This document shows, piece after piece, positions 1 to 12,544 of a stretch of 64,000 nucleotides of DNA. The first letter of the stretch is position 1; every line of letters begins with the position of its first letter. A program made the position numbers and the translations under genes. Below the pieces are notes generated by a model, which worked only from the letters and a program-made list of their open reading frames with translations, searched no databases and was not told the origin of the DNA. The stretch spans positions 5,642,001 through 5,706,000 of the forward strand of contig NC_043009.1 of the NCBI RefSeq assembly GCF_006345805.1, given 5' to 3'. The DNA comes from Octopus sinensis (lineage: Eukaryota).

Positions 1-476
1 CAATCGATATAAACGTATCGGTCAAGACCTACCAAAAACTGAGCAAGTATAAAGATCTTGAAATAGAAATCAGCAAAATGTGGAAGCTGAAGACTAAAAC
101 AATACCCGTTGTCATAGGTGCCCTGGGAATGATAGCGAAAGAGACTGATTGCTACCTAACTCAGATACCAGGAAACCTCAAAATGGCAGAAATTCAAAAG
201 ATAGTGCTCATGGGAACTGCTCATATCCTACGCAAAATACTCTCTATGTAATCCCAAGGTTTAAAACAAACTTTTTTTATTTTATTTTTTATTTATTTAT
301 TTATTTATTTATTTTTATGTATTAGACATTCACTAGTACAACACAAAAAAACCCCCAAATATATGGCACAGAACTTCCAACCTGTTGTCTCTTGAGGTCT
401 CTGGGTGAGACTTGGAGCCAACTTAAAGCAAAAGACATAAAGCAAAAGTCAAACATAGAATAGTAATAATAAATAA
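1..476 (+). mobile_element. 3' end of R4/Dong-like LINE (ORF end plus 3' UTR) ending in TAA repeats
   Basis: RLE ORF end, then ~215 bp putative UTR ending at tagtaataataaataat. Confidence 0.7.
3..251 (+). CDS. C-terminal end of an RLE-type non-LTR retrotransposon ORF (R4/Dong-like), cut by the window edge
   Basis: Open frame reading IDINVSVKTYQKLSKYKDLEIEISKMWKLKTKTIPVVIGALG...QKIVLMGTAHILRKILSM*. The K..KY.DL..EI...W...PVVIGALG pattern is typical of R4/Dong restriction-like endonuclease C-termini. Confidence 0.85.
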   Translation: MDINVSVKTYQKLSKYKDLEIEISKMWKLKTKTIPVVIGALGMIAKETDCYLTQIPGNLKMAEIQKIVLMGTAHILRKILSM

Positions 477-477
477 T

Positions 478-605
478 GTTGCCCACATATGGTTGTGATG
501 CATGTGCCTAGTGTACCCTAATCAGACTGGTAGTGATGATGGGTATACTGGACTTCGTATATTTTACCCTGGTGTCACTTTGATGGCATGCACTGTTCTC
601 TCACT
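478..605 (+). mobile_element. Probable 3' tail of a second TAA-associated retroelement
   Basis: About 130 bp of complex sequence flanked by TAA repeats on both sides, running directly into (TAA)n. Confidence 0.4.
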
Positions 606-640
606 TAATAATAATAATAGTAATAATAATGATGATGATG

Positions 641-706
<66 letters not shown>

Positions 707-860
707 TTAAAATAGCCTTACTGGAGAGAATGCTGACGAACATGAAGATTTTGTTGTTGCTTTTGTGAAGATAATGATGATGATGATGATGTTGAAAGTG
801 GTTTGTGGATATAGCGATAGTGGGGTTTGTAGTGAAGGTAATGGTGATAGTCCAGATCGT
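606..860. repeat. (TAA)n followed by GAT/GTT/GGT trinucleotide repeats
   Basis: Read directly from the sequence. Confidence 0.95.
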
Positions 861-1596
861 CTTCGTATGGGTGGTATTAGTGGATACCAACATGTGACTA
901 GACTCATCCAAGCTCAGATACTAAAATTTCGTTCTCTTTAATAAAAGATATGAACACCTATTCTTCGAAAAACGTTTTACATCTCTTCGGCCGTTACACA
1001 CATATTTTTCGCTATGTATACTACAGCATAACGCTATTTGTTCAAAATGTGCTTGAACTGCCTCTGATTAACTTTTTCCTGCTCTTCTACACGTAAAGAT
1101 AACAATAGTGTGGTTTCAAGACTTTTATTCCTTCTGAAATTCTTAACTTCACGATACGTTCCGAACAGAGCGTCTTAAAAACACATCCGCATGCCGACAT
1201 ATATAATGTTATCTATGAAGAAGTAAATATTAGTCAATTCTCAGTTGTGATTTCATTCGATAAACTCGTCTGGTGATGAGGGATATCAGTTCGTGATATA
1301 TGTACCTCATCCAAGACTGCGTTGATGTCATCTCTGACATCATTCTTGCCAAATCTATTTCTTTTTAAATCTTCAACAAAATTGGCAATGGTTGACTTTT
1401 CCCTTCACTAGGTTCATCGATTGTTCTCTGCTCATGATATTCTTCTAATGGCGTTGTAAGGACCAGAATGGCGCTTTTTTGATGAGACGTTTCTCCTACA
1501 ATTTTTCATTTTGGAACGCTCCCTTTGACTTTGGGGAAGGCACCTCTAACCAAATCATCACAAATAACATAATTTATTTTTTTTGTTATTCGCACG

Positions 1597-1830
1597 ATAT
1601 TCTTTCACTTGTTTCAGTCATTTAACTGCAGCCATGCTGGAGCACCAACTTAAGGGGTTTTAGTCGAAGAAATCAACCCCAGAACTTATTATTTGTAAGC
1701 CTAGTTCTTATTCAATCGGAATCGTTTGACGAACCGCTAAGATATGTGGACGTTAACACACCGACATCGATTGTCAAGCGATGTTGGGGTGGCAAAAACA
1801 GACACAAGCACACAAATACGCACATACATG
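1597..1830 (-). mobile_element. SINE family A (octopus OK-like), 3' half
   Basis: Reverse complement of the tail ...ccagcatggccgcagtcaaatgactgaaacaagt found in the complete copy at 3638-4017. Confidence 0.8.
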
Positions 1831-1889
1831 CATGACTATATACACACACACACATATTTATATATATATATATATATATACAGTGTGTT

Positions 1890-1928
<39 letters not shown>

Positions 1929-2820
1929 ATATTATTTTGGCTTTTATGTATCTATAGAATTTATTTTTCCATGTCCGTATAGAGTTGGTTTGGTTTTTTA
2001 ATATATAAGTATCGATATGTATATGTATGTGAGTAAATGAATACTGGGGTATATATGTAGCGATAACGTATTTATCTTATTTGATTTGTATATATTTTAA
2101 TGTTTTTTTCGTTAACCGACCGCGGTTTTGTTTTTCTGTTGTTTCTACAAATGGAAAGATAATTATCTCACCTGCATTCTAATAGCCAAATTCATAATAT
2201 TTAGATTTGAATTAATATATAAAATAATGTTTTATCAAAAATAGATACATGTGTGTATGTGTTGTATAGATATTAAAATTGTAAAAAATAGAGATATGTA
2301 TATATAGAGAGATGAATAGCTAAACTTGTGCATGTGAATATTCATTTGTGTATACGGATGTGTGGGTGTATGCATATATACCGAAAAGATAGGTGTTTGT
2401 GTGTATATATAAATATATATAAATATTTACATAATAACGTGTGTACTGTGCAAATTCGGTTGTAAAACTGAATATTTATAGATATAAAATTAGAAATTTA
2501 AATAATTTCAGTTAGATTATTTACTCATTTATCATTAAGCTCGCTCTTATAAAGCGCTTTTGTAAAGCCTTATAAATATTTTCTATTGATATTTTTCGTC
2601 AAATATTGATGCAGTTATGTCTATCTGATGAAGCATCATTACATATTTAAATGGATTTGATTATTCGGGAAAATCATCGTTTTATTAATGTAATTAACGC
2701 TGTAATTTAAGAGATGTGTCATTTGCTTGTACAAACTATTTAATTGAATTGAATTCATAATTCTTGAATTTATAATTGCTTAATTTTCCATTTCTTATAT
2801 GTATATATGTATATATATAT

Positions 2821-2868
<48 letters not shown>

Positions 2869-2882
2869 ATATATTATATATT

Positions 2883-3025
2883 CGACGGGCTTATTTCAGT
2901 TTCCCTTTGGACAACCCGAGTCTAGAGCAGAAAACACCAGTCCAAGGTGTCGCGTAGTGGGACTGAACCCGGAACCATGCGTTTATGAAGCAAGCTTCTT
3001 ACCACACAGCCACGCCAGCGGCTAT
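2883..3025 (-). mobile_element. SINE family A, tRNA-derived head
   Basis: Reverse complement of tggctgtgtggtaag...ggttccgggttcagtcccact...ccttgg. Confidence 0.75.
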
Positions 3026-3637
3026 AGGTAGTTATTTTAAAATTTGATCCCAAATGTAAGCGCTTAAAAGCCTACAAGAACGGGAAAATAAATCTTTGAC
3101 CTCATTGCAGATGGACCTCCTCGTACAATGAAAAGTGTAAAACCCTTCACCCCTCGATCACAAAGTACTGCTTTCAGATGGAAGGACTACATGGAGCCAC
3201 TACATTAGAAAAACAGGTGAGGCTACTAAACAAACCAATATCAAAGCCAAAGCGCGATGTACGAAATTGCAGATAGTGCGTCACATTAACGCAGATTTGC
3301 GATTACATCTGACAATGATACAAGAGAAATACGCTTGTAATGCAACCATGCAGCAGCGTTTGAGTCAAATATTTCCTTGATGGGAGAATGAAAAATATTT
3401 TACATCGTTATATAGAAAGATACAAGCAACTTACAATAATTTATTTCGGTGATGACGAATTTAATGACATTACCTTAAATGGAAGAGATAATTAATAAAA
3501 CTAAATCACTCAGTGTTTTATTTTATATTAGCTCGCTGTAAAAACACATCTGTACATATTTCACCAATGTTGTCTATATTAAGAGCAGATTTACAAACAC
3601 AACATATGTTCTTCAAATTCTATATCAATTACACGTA

Positions 3638-4017
3638 TAGGCGCAGTAGTGGCTGTGTGGTAAGTAGCTTGCTAACCAACCACATGGTCTTCTGCTATAG
3701 CCCCGGGCCGACCAAAGCCTTGTGAGTGGATTCGGTAGACGGAAACTGAAAGAAGCCCGTCGTATATATGTATATATATATAAGTGTGTGTGTATATGTT
3801 TGTGTGTCTGTGTTTGTCCCCCTAGCATTGCTTGGCAACCGATGCTGGTGTGTTTACGTCCCCGTCAATTAGCAGTTCGGCAAAACAGACCGATAGAATA
3901 AGTACTAGGCTTACAAAGAATAAGTCCCGGGGTCGATTTGCTCGACTAAAGGCGGTGCTCCAGCATGGCCGCAGTCAAATGACTGAAACAAGTAAAAGAG
4001 TAAAAGAGTAAAAGAGT
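3638..4017 (+). mobile_element. SINE family A (OK-like), near complete, with internal (TA)/(TG) microsatellite and (GTAAAAGA)n tail
   Basis: A-box-like tggctgtgtggt, central cgaccaaagccttgtgagtggattcggtagacggaaactgaaagaagcccgtcg, tail tgactgaaacaagtaaaagagtaaaagagtaaaagag. The B-box segment is deleted in this copy. Confidence 0.85.
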
Positions 4018-5455
4018 AATATGTAGCATTTATTAGCCCAATTGTTTTGTGACCACCAGCTTGCCTCTGATTTTGCAGACCAATAATCAAAGTTTATTCA
4101 GTGAAGGTTATCAGATCTGTTTTGATCTATCTACGAATATTATTTTAAGACGTTAGTGTATCGTTTTAATGATATTGCTATTTCTAACTAAATTAGGAGC
4201 CGCGAAGATATTCGTTATTAGGGTAATCAAATATTTTACGTGTACATATGCATTATTTTCCGAATTCATATCAAAAATGTAGTTACTCTGAAGCATACAA
4301 GGTGATTATTATTTACAGGATTTGAAAATGTTCACTAATCATAATCAATACATACCCAATATTATTAGAGAATCATTGAACAAGAGTATTCGTCTCTGGG
4401 CTAATATAATTCGCTGATGACCCTGTTGCATTCCTTCAGATAATAACGACTAAAACACTGCTGATAATTATTCCAATCACGATGACTCATAGGGACATTG
4501 CAGAAATCTAGTTCTGAGCAGTGTTGAACATATCAAACCCATTTCCTCATAGATTACATACCAGCCTACTCTAAATATATGTTCTTCTTTATATATTTGA
4601 AAGTTTCACTGAAAGACAGTAAATGCAGCCTTCATCAGTCGCACAGTACTGTTGCCGAATACAGAATTTCTGATGAGATAGTTATATAAAATGCCATGAG
4701 CTGATATCTGTATATACTATGTATATCCATTGGATTGTGAAGAAATCATATACTTGTAAATTAGCAGGACATATTAAGCTATGGCTTTACATAAGCGATA
4801 TGATAATACTGTGTGAGGTTGGCATTTTCATGACGCTGTTACAATGCAGAGCAAATTCTTTAGGACATGAAAAACGTATAAGAAAACTATTAGAATGATT
4901 ACTGCTTGCATATTTCCATTTTCTAATGAAGACATTTGCTCTACCAGACATATGTATACATACATATAGGCATACACACAAATACATATGAACATACGTA
5001 TACTGATGTGTGGTAAGAAGTTTGGTTCACAAACACATGGTTCTGCGTTCAATATCCCTGCGTGGTATCTTCGGAAAGTGTTTTCTACTATAGCCACGGG
5101 TGACAAAATACGTATGAGGGAATTTGTTTGGAGGATAGCTGAAACAACCCCGTTGTATCTATCTATCTATCCAAATAAGCAACAAGTATATCCGAGGTAG
5201 TGTGGTACAATCGTTTTTAATGCTACTTCATTTTATTAAACACTGTAAGTATTACATCAGTTTTAAAATGTCGAGCAATCTTCAGTCCATGGATTTATAT
5301 GGATAATACCATACAAAATTCTGGTGTCTTTCACTTAAGTAACATATTCATCTGAATCTATATATATATATGTATATATATATATATGTTTGTAACATAT
5401 TTCGACTGCTACAAGGCAAATTGACTGCAGTTACCATGGAGAAAAATTCCCTGGA

Positions 5456-5765
5456 GGAGGCATATGGCCAAGTGGTTAGAGCAGCGGACACGCGGTTGAG
5501 GGATTGCGGGTTCTAATCTCAGACCGGACGATGTGTGTGTTTAAGAACGAAAAACCTAAGCTCCACGCGGCTCCAGCAGAAGGTAATGGTGAAACGAATG
5601 CTGACTCTTTCGCCACAACTTTTTCTCACTCTTTCCTCCTGTATCTTGCAGCTCACTTGCGATGGACCGGCGTCCCGTCCAGGTGGGGAACCTATACACC
5701 AAGAAACCGGGAAACCAGCCCTTATGAGCCAGGGATGGCTCGAGAAGGAACAAACAACAACAAAA
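5456..5765 (+). mobile_element. tRNA-derived SINE family B with V-domain-like core
   Basis: A box tggccaagtggttagagc, B-box-like ggttctaatc, core gcgatggaccggcgtcccgtccaggtg resembling the V-SINE domain, (CAA)n tail. Homologs at 34603 and 57867. Confidence 0.75.
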
Positions 5766-5800
5766 AAAATTCCCTTTTATGGTAAAAAGTTGTGAAAATA

Positions 5801-6269
5801 CCCTGTTCGTTCAGTGTCGCCATCTGTTAGGGATCCCAGAGATCGATATTTCGAGGATTTTGACTGTTGTGAATGACTCTTGCGAAGCAGAGGTAACACT
5901 TAACGAACTAAATAAAGACGTATCTTTATATTTATAATTCAGTCAACACTGATTTGCACTAGATTTTTTTCTCCACGGTATATGCAGTGTATTTGTATTT
6001 TAGAAGTTGAAATTTGTGACAGGCATATTTCAGCTTACCTAATTCTACTCATACTTACACATTGCTTCGCGCTGACACTTCTTTACTTACCTCGGTCGGG
6101 CGATTTACTAGCGCAAGCCAGTCAGTGTGTTGATTGAATCATATCTGACGCTACGTCTTTAAGTTTTTTCAGAGTTGTCTCTCTTAGGTACATCTTATTG
6201 ACAAGAGTAAAAAATCTTGAAACGGCGATGCCTGGGATTCCTAATAGATGGCGACATTGAACGAACCGG
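5801..6269. mobile_element. MITE with ~75-bp imperfect terminal inverted repeats
   Basis: Left gttcgttcagtgtcgccatctgttagggatcccagagatcg versus reverse complement of right end gttcgttcaatgtcgccatctattaggaatcccaggcatcg. Confidence 0.7.
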
Positions 6270-7284
6270 TGACACTTCGATGTGTGCGTGCGTGCTTTGT
6301 GTGTGTGTATCTATGAATGCATATATTTGTGCATACGGCGATGTTTCAGAATTAAAGAGTATTTCTCTCGTAGAAAACTAAAATCTAGCGGCAAATTTTA
6401 TCAATTTTTACAGTTAAGTGGGATATAAATTTAAAAACTTCCCTAAAGAACTAACGTGCTTAAATCTTTCTTTGCAGGTTAAAATCTTCCAGGTATAATT
6501 TGGATGTGATGTCCTTAGCAATGCGTAGTGTGTCCACGATATATGACCTTCCAATATATTTTTCAGGTATAGAAAAACGATAGAATATATTTCTAAATTA
6601 ATCTGCATGATTAAAAATGAGATAAATTAACAGAAGAAACTTAAATAAGCCAATGGCATCAATTTGGAGTATTCTGCTTAATGGAAGTTTTCTGAATTTT
6701 GTTCGCGAAAAACTCTTAATTAATGGAAATTTCCCACTTAATTAACGAAAGAATACCAACCCACCGGCGACTTTTATATTTTATATAATGTCCAGACATT
6801 ACAACTATTAACACTTTGGGGTCTTTTGTTCTGCTCGTCAAGCAATCTACTTGATATGTAGGAACTTTCGCTTTAAACGGTATTTTTTTGGTATTCGGTA
6901 TATCTATGTTTTTTTTTTCCGCGAACGAATATCTGGTTTTTCATTCGTTAAAGTCCTGGTGCCGCCTTGTTTTTCCGGTGGTCAACTTTGTCGTTCTGCC
7001 TGGTTGGCTTCCCCGTGGGGAACGATCAGCAGTCGTTCCGGTTGGTTGATTCTCTTAAAGAATATTTTCTTGTATTTGCTGAAGCTCGGCTTTGACTGGC
7101 CTTGAGTTAGGTGACACCAACAAATGGGGATTGTAAAATTTCATTGGTCTAGAGATAGGGGACGTCTGCAACCGGTGTTTGTATGGGAACAACAAACAAT
7201 TTCAAAAACTTTAATGACAGTCTTCCACTCGGGATTTGAAACCGCAACTCTAAATTATCATACCATAGCACAATACAAACACCA

Positions 7285-7322
7285 GTTGCTGCTGATGCTT
7301 TTGTTGTTGTTGTTGTTGATAT

Positions 7323-7369
<47 letters not shown>

Positions 7370-7480
7370 GTGATGAGGATGATGACGACGACGATGGAGA
7401 TGAATATGATGATCTGCTGTTGTTGCTGCTTCTGCTGCTGATGATGATGATGATGATGACGCCGACGAAGTTATTGGTGA
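7285..7480. repeat. Compound (GTT)/(GAT)/(GCT) trinucleotide repeat
   Basis: Read directly from the sequence. Confidence 0.95.
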
Positions 7481-8171
7481 TAATACAATTAATGATACAT
7501 ATATATATATAACTACATATATAAAAAATACATGTTAAGGATGAGATGTGAAAGGATGTACGCAACCACACACACACACACACACACACACATACGAATA
7601 CGCTATGTATGTTCCTCTCCGTGGCAGTAATATACGTAATTGATATCATGTTTGGGTATATTTGAATTATTTAGGTCTTGGAGGTCATTCGGAAAAAAAA
7701 TAGAGATTATTTTATTAATGGCCAACTTTGGCACCGAAATATTTGAATGTAAATATCTCTATCTGGTGCGAAATCAACATTCCACATTAGACTAAACTAA
7801 ATAGATTCGTAAAATGAAGTATTGTACGAAAATCAAACAAAACAAAAACGCTATTACTCGCTTAAACACGCGCAGAAAGTCCTCATAGAAATATATGCTG
7901 TTTACATTTATATGTATATTTAAATATACAGAGATACACATAAGATAAATAATATGGGCAATAACGCGTATCAGCACCAACTAAAGTACCATGGACATTT
8001 ATAGACATACAGACGAATACATGCATGCGTATGTACGAATGTTTTCATGCGTTAACAAACCATATATATATATATATATATTTGAATAAATGCATGCGTA
8101 TGTACGTTTGTTTTTATGCGTTAACAAACCATATATTTATATATGTATATATGTATGTATGTATGTATATA

Positions 8172-8204
<33 letters not shown>

Positions 8205-8456
8205 ATATATATATATGTATGTATATGTACAAGCCGTCACACAATTGTATACGTATATGAGTGCGTGTTTTGTATTCTGTTCTTTGTAACAGCTTGGTGT
8301 TTGCGTACGTATATGTGTGTTTGTAGACGCTTGAGTAAATATATGTTATATATGTCTGATACTTGCTGACACTTACGAACCCAATATCTGCGAACCCAAT
8401 CAATTTCACAAAAGCATATACCTAAGTAATTCAAAGATGCACGCAAGATAATATGC

Positions 8457-8457
<1 letters not shown>

Positions 8458-8546
<89 letters not shown>

Positions 8547-8573
8547 ATTTCTATCTATATGTCTATCTGTCTG

Positions 8574-8604
<31 letters not shown>

Positions 8605-8670
8605 AGCTGTCTGACTGTCTGTTTATCTATCTATGTATCTCTCTATCTAACTATTTATCTATCTATCTAT
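8458..8670. repeat. (TATC)n tetranucleotide array with TC/TGTC variants
   Basis: Read directly from the sequence. Confidence 0.95.
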
Positions 8671-8757
8671 CAACATCTCTTGATTTCCCCCTCTCGACTC
8701 CCCATCCGAGTATATATATATATATATATATATAATATTATATATATATATATATAG

Positions 8758-8789
<32 letters not shown>

Positions 8790-9524
8790 CCATACATACA
8801 TACATACATACATATATATATATATATATTATATATATATATACACACATGTGTGTTATTTATATATACACGTACACATATATATGTACATGAGTATGTG
8901 TATTTGTGTTTGTGTTCGTGTGGTGTGTACACACACTCATACATACTGCGACTGGTGCCTTCAAGAGGTTGTTCGATTATGAAGAGGCATAATACTAGGT
9001 GGTAGTCATAAAAATAACACAGACTGTTAACAATAAAATATAATCTTGTTTACCCAGCGGAGAATAAGTGAGACGAGTTTAGTGAAAAACTTACATTTCA
9101 ATCGTACAAGTAGATACAATAAGTGCACACTAAAGCGATCATGGACAAACGTACGTACATACACACAAATACAGATAATCACATATAAGAAAAGATAGCT
9201 ATTGTATGTACGTACAAATACATGTAATTATATACGTGTGTGTGTATGTGTTTGTCTGTGTAATCGCACCGGTAATAAAAAAGATTTTGGCTTGTTATAG
9301 AAAAATAAGATTACAGAGTTCATCACATTTCATTTAAAAGATGAAAACTGCATTAATGTCCTATCAACGCAAATATTCCAGACATATAAATAACACTGCA
9401 ATGCATTGATATATATATATGTGTGTGTGTGTACTTATGCAGACCAGTATACAAAACTACACGTACACAAAGCCACAGAAATATTTGTAGATCTTTGTCT
9501 CCTTCACACACTTTCTCCCAGCAT

Positions 9525-9564
<40 letters not shown>

Positions 9565-9647
9565 TTACAAATGCACAGAAACATACATACAAACATTACG
9601 AAGACAATTATACATATACATATATATAATATATATAAGATATATTA

Positions 9648-9850
9648 TGTGAATAGAAAGATGAATATCTTGATTGTAGTATAGATTAATCAAAATTACC
9701 GATACCTTAGTAGCAAAAATCACACATACAGCAGTGAACAGCACGGTAGGATATTGAGGTACAACCATCTGGCGTTGCAACGTGTGCGTTGGTGCGGATA
9801 ATTGAAATTAAAACATGAATTGAAATAAAACATTCACCAATAATGTGTTT
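9648..9850 (-). mobile_element. Severely truncated copy of the Penelope-like element 3' end
   Basis: 9648-9817 matches 18641-18796 (gaaagatgaata...ggtacaaccatctggcgttgcaac...ggataattgaaattaaaacat). It ends with ttcaccaataatgt, the inverted arm terminus. Confidence 0.75.
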
Positions 9851-9940
9851 ATATATATATATATATATTATATATATACAGATGTAGATACATGTATATG
9901 GATGTGCTAGTGTATTATATTATATATTATATATATATAA

Positions 9941-11765
9941 TCTCAAGATTAATCAGCCGCGAATTACTACGATGATCCGGTTCTTGGACTGAAGACTGAG
10001 GGTTTCGAGTGTCCTGTCCGTGTTTATTGTGTCGTCTTCTAAGAGTTATACGTTCTTGTCCATGTTGTATTTTTCTACATACCTTAACATATATTCCAGG
10101 CGCCCCGTACCCCCCTTATCATTAATGTGAGCACATATTCTTAATAATTGGTACGACTCTCTGTTTGTCCTCTCTCCTCTCTCTCATTTTTACTTGATCT
10201 GTCCCCCTCTCTCTCTTTTCTCTCTACTCATCCTCTTTTTCTCTTCTCTTTCCTCTGATTCTTGGTCTAGTCTTCCACTACCCTCCTATTTCTTTGTCTC
10301 GCTCTGCACTCACAGGTCATTCTTCGACACCACCATCCCTTCTCCTCTCTGATTCCTTCTTTCTCTCTTCTCTCTCTTTGTTGCGTTTGTCCCTCCTCTC
10401 TCTCTCTCTCTCCTTGCTTCTCTTTCTTTTCTTTTCCCTCTTCTCTGTCACGTGACGTGGCCGAAATCTGCTTTCAGCTCCTGACCCTCGTCGTGTTAAC
10501 ATCGTTGTTTTTTCGTCCGCCGCTATAAAGGCTTCTTCCAATGCGCCAGAGAAAAAATTTGTTTGTTGTTATCAGTCGTAAGACACTTGTTGTTTTCACC
10601 GTTAATGCTTCTGTATTTCATGTTTCTGTATTCCATTATTGTTTTTTTGTTTTTTTTATATCTGTCCCTTTTGCTGTCCTGGTGTTCGTATGCATTCGAT
10701 CCTTCTTCCAGGAAATCTACGCTTCCAGCTTAGTTTTTCTAATGCTCGGTGCTTAGTTTTTCGGAGGGCTGGCCGTGATCTAGTAATCTCAAGATTAATC
10801 AGCCGAAATTACTACGATGATCCGGTTCTTGACTGAAGACTGAGGGTTTCGAGTGTCCTGTCCGTGTTTATTGTGTCGTCTTCTAAGAGTTATACGTTCT
10901 TGTCCATGTTGTATTTTTCTACATACCTTAACATATTTCCAGGCGCCCCGTACCCCCCTTATCATTAATTGTGAGCACATATTCTTAATAATTGGTACGA
11001 ATTCTGTTTGTCTCTCTTCTCTCTCTCATTTTTATTGATCTGTCCCCCTCTCTCTCTTTTCTCTCTACTCATCCTTTTCTCTTCTCTTTCCTCTGATTCT
11101 TTGGTCTAGTCTTCCATACCCTCCTATTTCTTTGTCTCGCTCTGCATCAAGGTCATTCTTCGACACCCATCCCTTCTCTCTCTGATTCCTCTTTCTCTCT
11201 TTCTCTCTCTTGTTGCGTTTGTCCCTCCTCTCTCTCTCTCTTCCTTTGCTTCTCTTTCTTTTCTTTTCCCTTCTTCTCTGTCACGTGACTGTTGGCCGAA
11301 ATCTGCCTTTCAGCTCCTGACCCTCGTCGTGTTAACATCGTTGTTTTCGTCCGCCGCTATAAAGGCTTCTTCCAATGCGCCAGAGAAAAAATTTGTTTGC
11401 TTGTTATCAGTCGTAAGACACTTGTTGTTTTCACCGTTAATGCTTCTATTTCATGTTTCTGTATTCCATTAGGTTTTTGTTTTTTTATATCTGTCCCTTT
11501 TGCTGTACTGGTGTCATGCATCGATCTTCGTTTTTGTTCCAGGAAATCTACGCTTCCAGCTTAGTTTTTCTAAATGCTCGTTGCTTAGTTTTTCTTGGAG
11601 GGCTGGCCGTGATCTAGTAATCTCAAGATTAATCAGGCGCGAAATTACTACGATGATCCGGTTCTTGACTGAAGACTGAGGGTTTTCGAGGTTCCTGTCC
11701 GTGTTTATTGTGTCGTCTTCTAAAGTTATACGTTCTTGTCCATGTTGTTTTTTCTACATACCTTA
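9941..11765. repeat. Tandem array of an ~840-bp non-coding unit (2 full copies plus a ~145-bp partial) inside (TA)n
   Basis: Unit start tctcaagattaatcag at 9941, 10786 and 11621. Copies differ mainly by indels. Confidence 0.9.
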
Positions 11766-12544
11766 ATATATATATATATACATATATAAGTGCATATATA
11801 GCTAGATAGATGGTTACATCGGTATATATATACATATGTATATTTATATAAATATATATAATATAAATAATATATAAATATATGCATATATATATACATA
11901 TATGTACATGTATATATTCATATATTTATATATTATTTATATTATATGATCGAACGCCACACATCCTTTTCCAAGTAAGTTTTCATCTCTCTCTCTCTCT
12001 CTCTTTATATATATATATATAAGCATCTATATACGTATTTATATATATATACACTTATAGCTACATCTGTTTGTATCTACATGTATGCTTGTGTGTGTGT
12101 GTGCGTGAGTGTGTGTGTGTCTGTGTTCATGTATGTATTGAAACACAGTGTAGTAAATTATGATTCGTCATGGTCTTGAGAAAGTTTTTACTAGCCATCC
12201 TATCTTAATCACACCCAAAACAACCAAATACGAATGTAAGCATCTCTCTCTCTCTCTCCATCAGTTTATCTATCTGTCTGTCTAGCTTGTGTTTTTTACC
12301 TCCATCTGCCCATACTCGCTTTTCGAACCTTCCAAATTCAACACTTCCCTTCTTTATTCGATAGTATATCTCTGAATCAAAACTACCATCACTTGACAGT
12401 GTGGTCCCTAGGTAGATAAAGGTTTCAACGACATCAATTCACAAAGATATTTGGTTCAGAATATGTTAGTCCTAGCACGGGACTAAACATTACTTTTGTT
12501 TTCCCCAGATTAATTTTGAGTCCGATATATACACATGCAGTGGA

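Noticed and set aside
960-1500. Possible mariner N-terminal remnant on the minus strand
   Set aside because: Only vague similarity; no diagnostic motif could be read.
5190-5280. Repeat shared with 27180-27270 with CTGATG...GAAAC.GTC on the minus strand
   Set aside because: The core is CTGATGT rather than CTGANGA, and stem I does not pair. Kept only as a small dispersed repeat.
6860-7110. GC-richer segment and 84-aa ORF
   Set aside because: No recognisable protein, RNA or promoter signature.
9985-10012. CTGAAGA (plus) and GAAAC-cctca-GTC (minus) in the 840-bp unit
   Set aside because: The two half-motifs are on opposite strands; no complete hammerhead forms on either.
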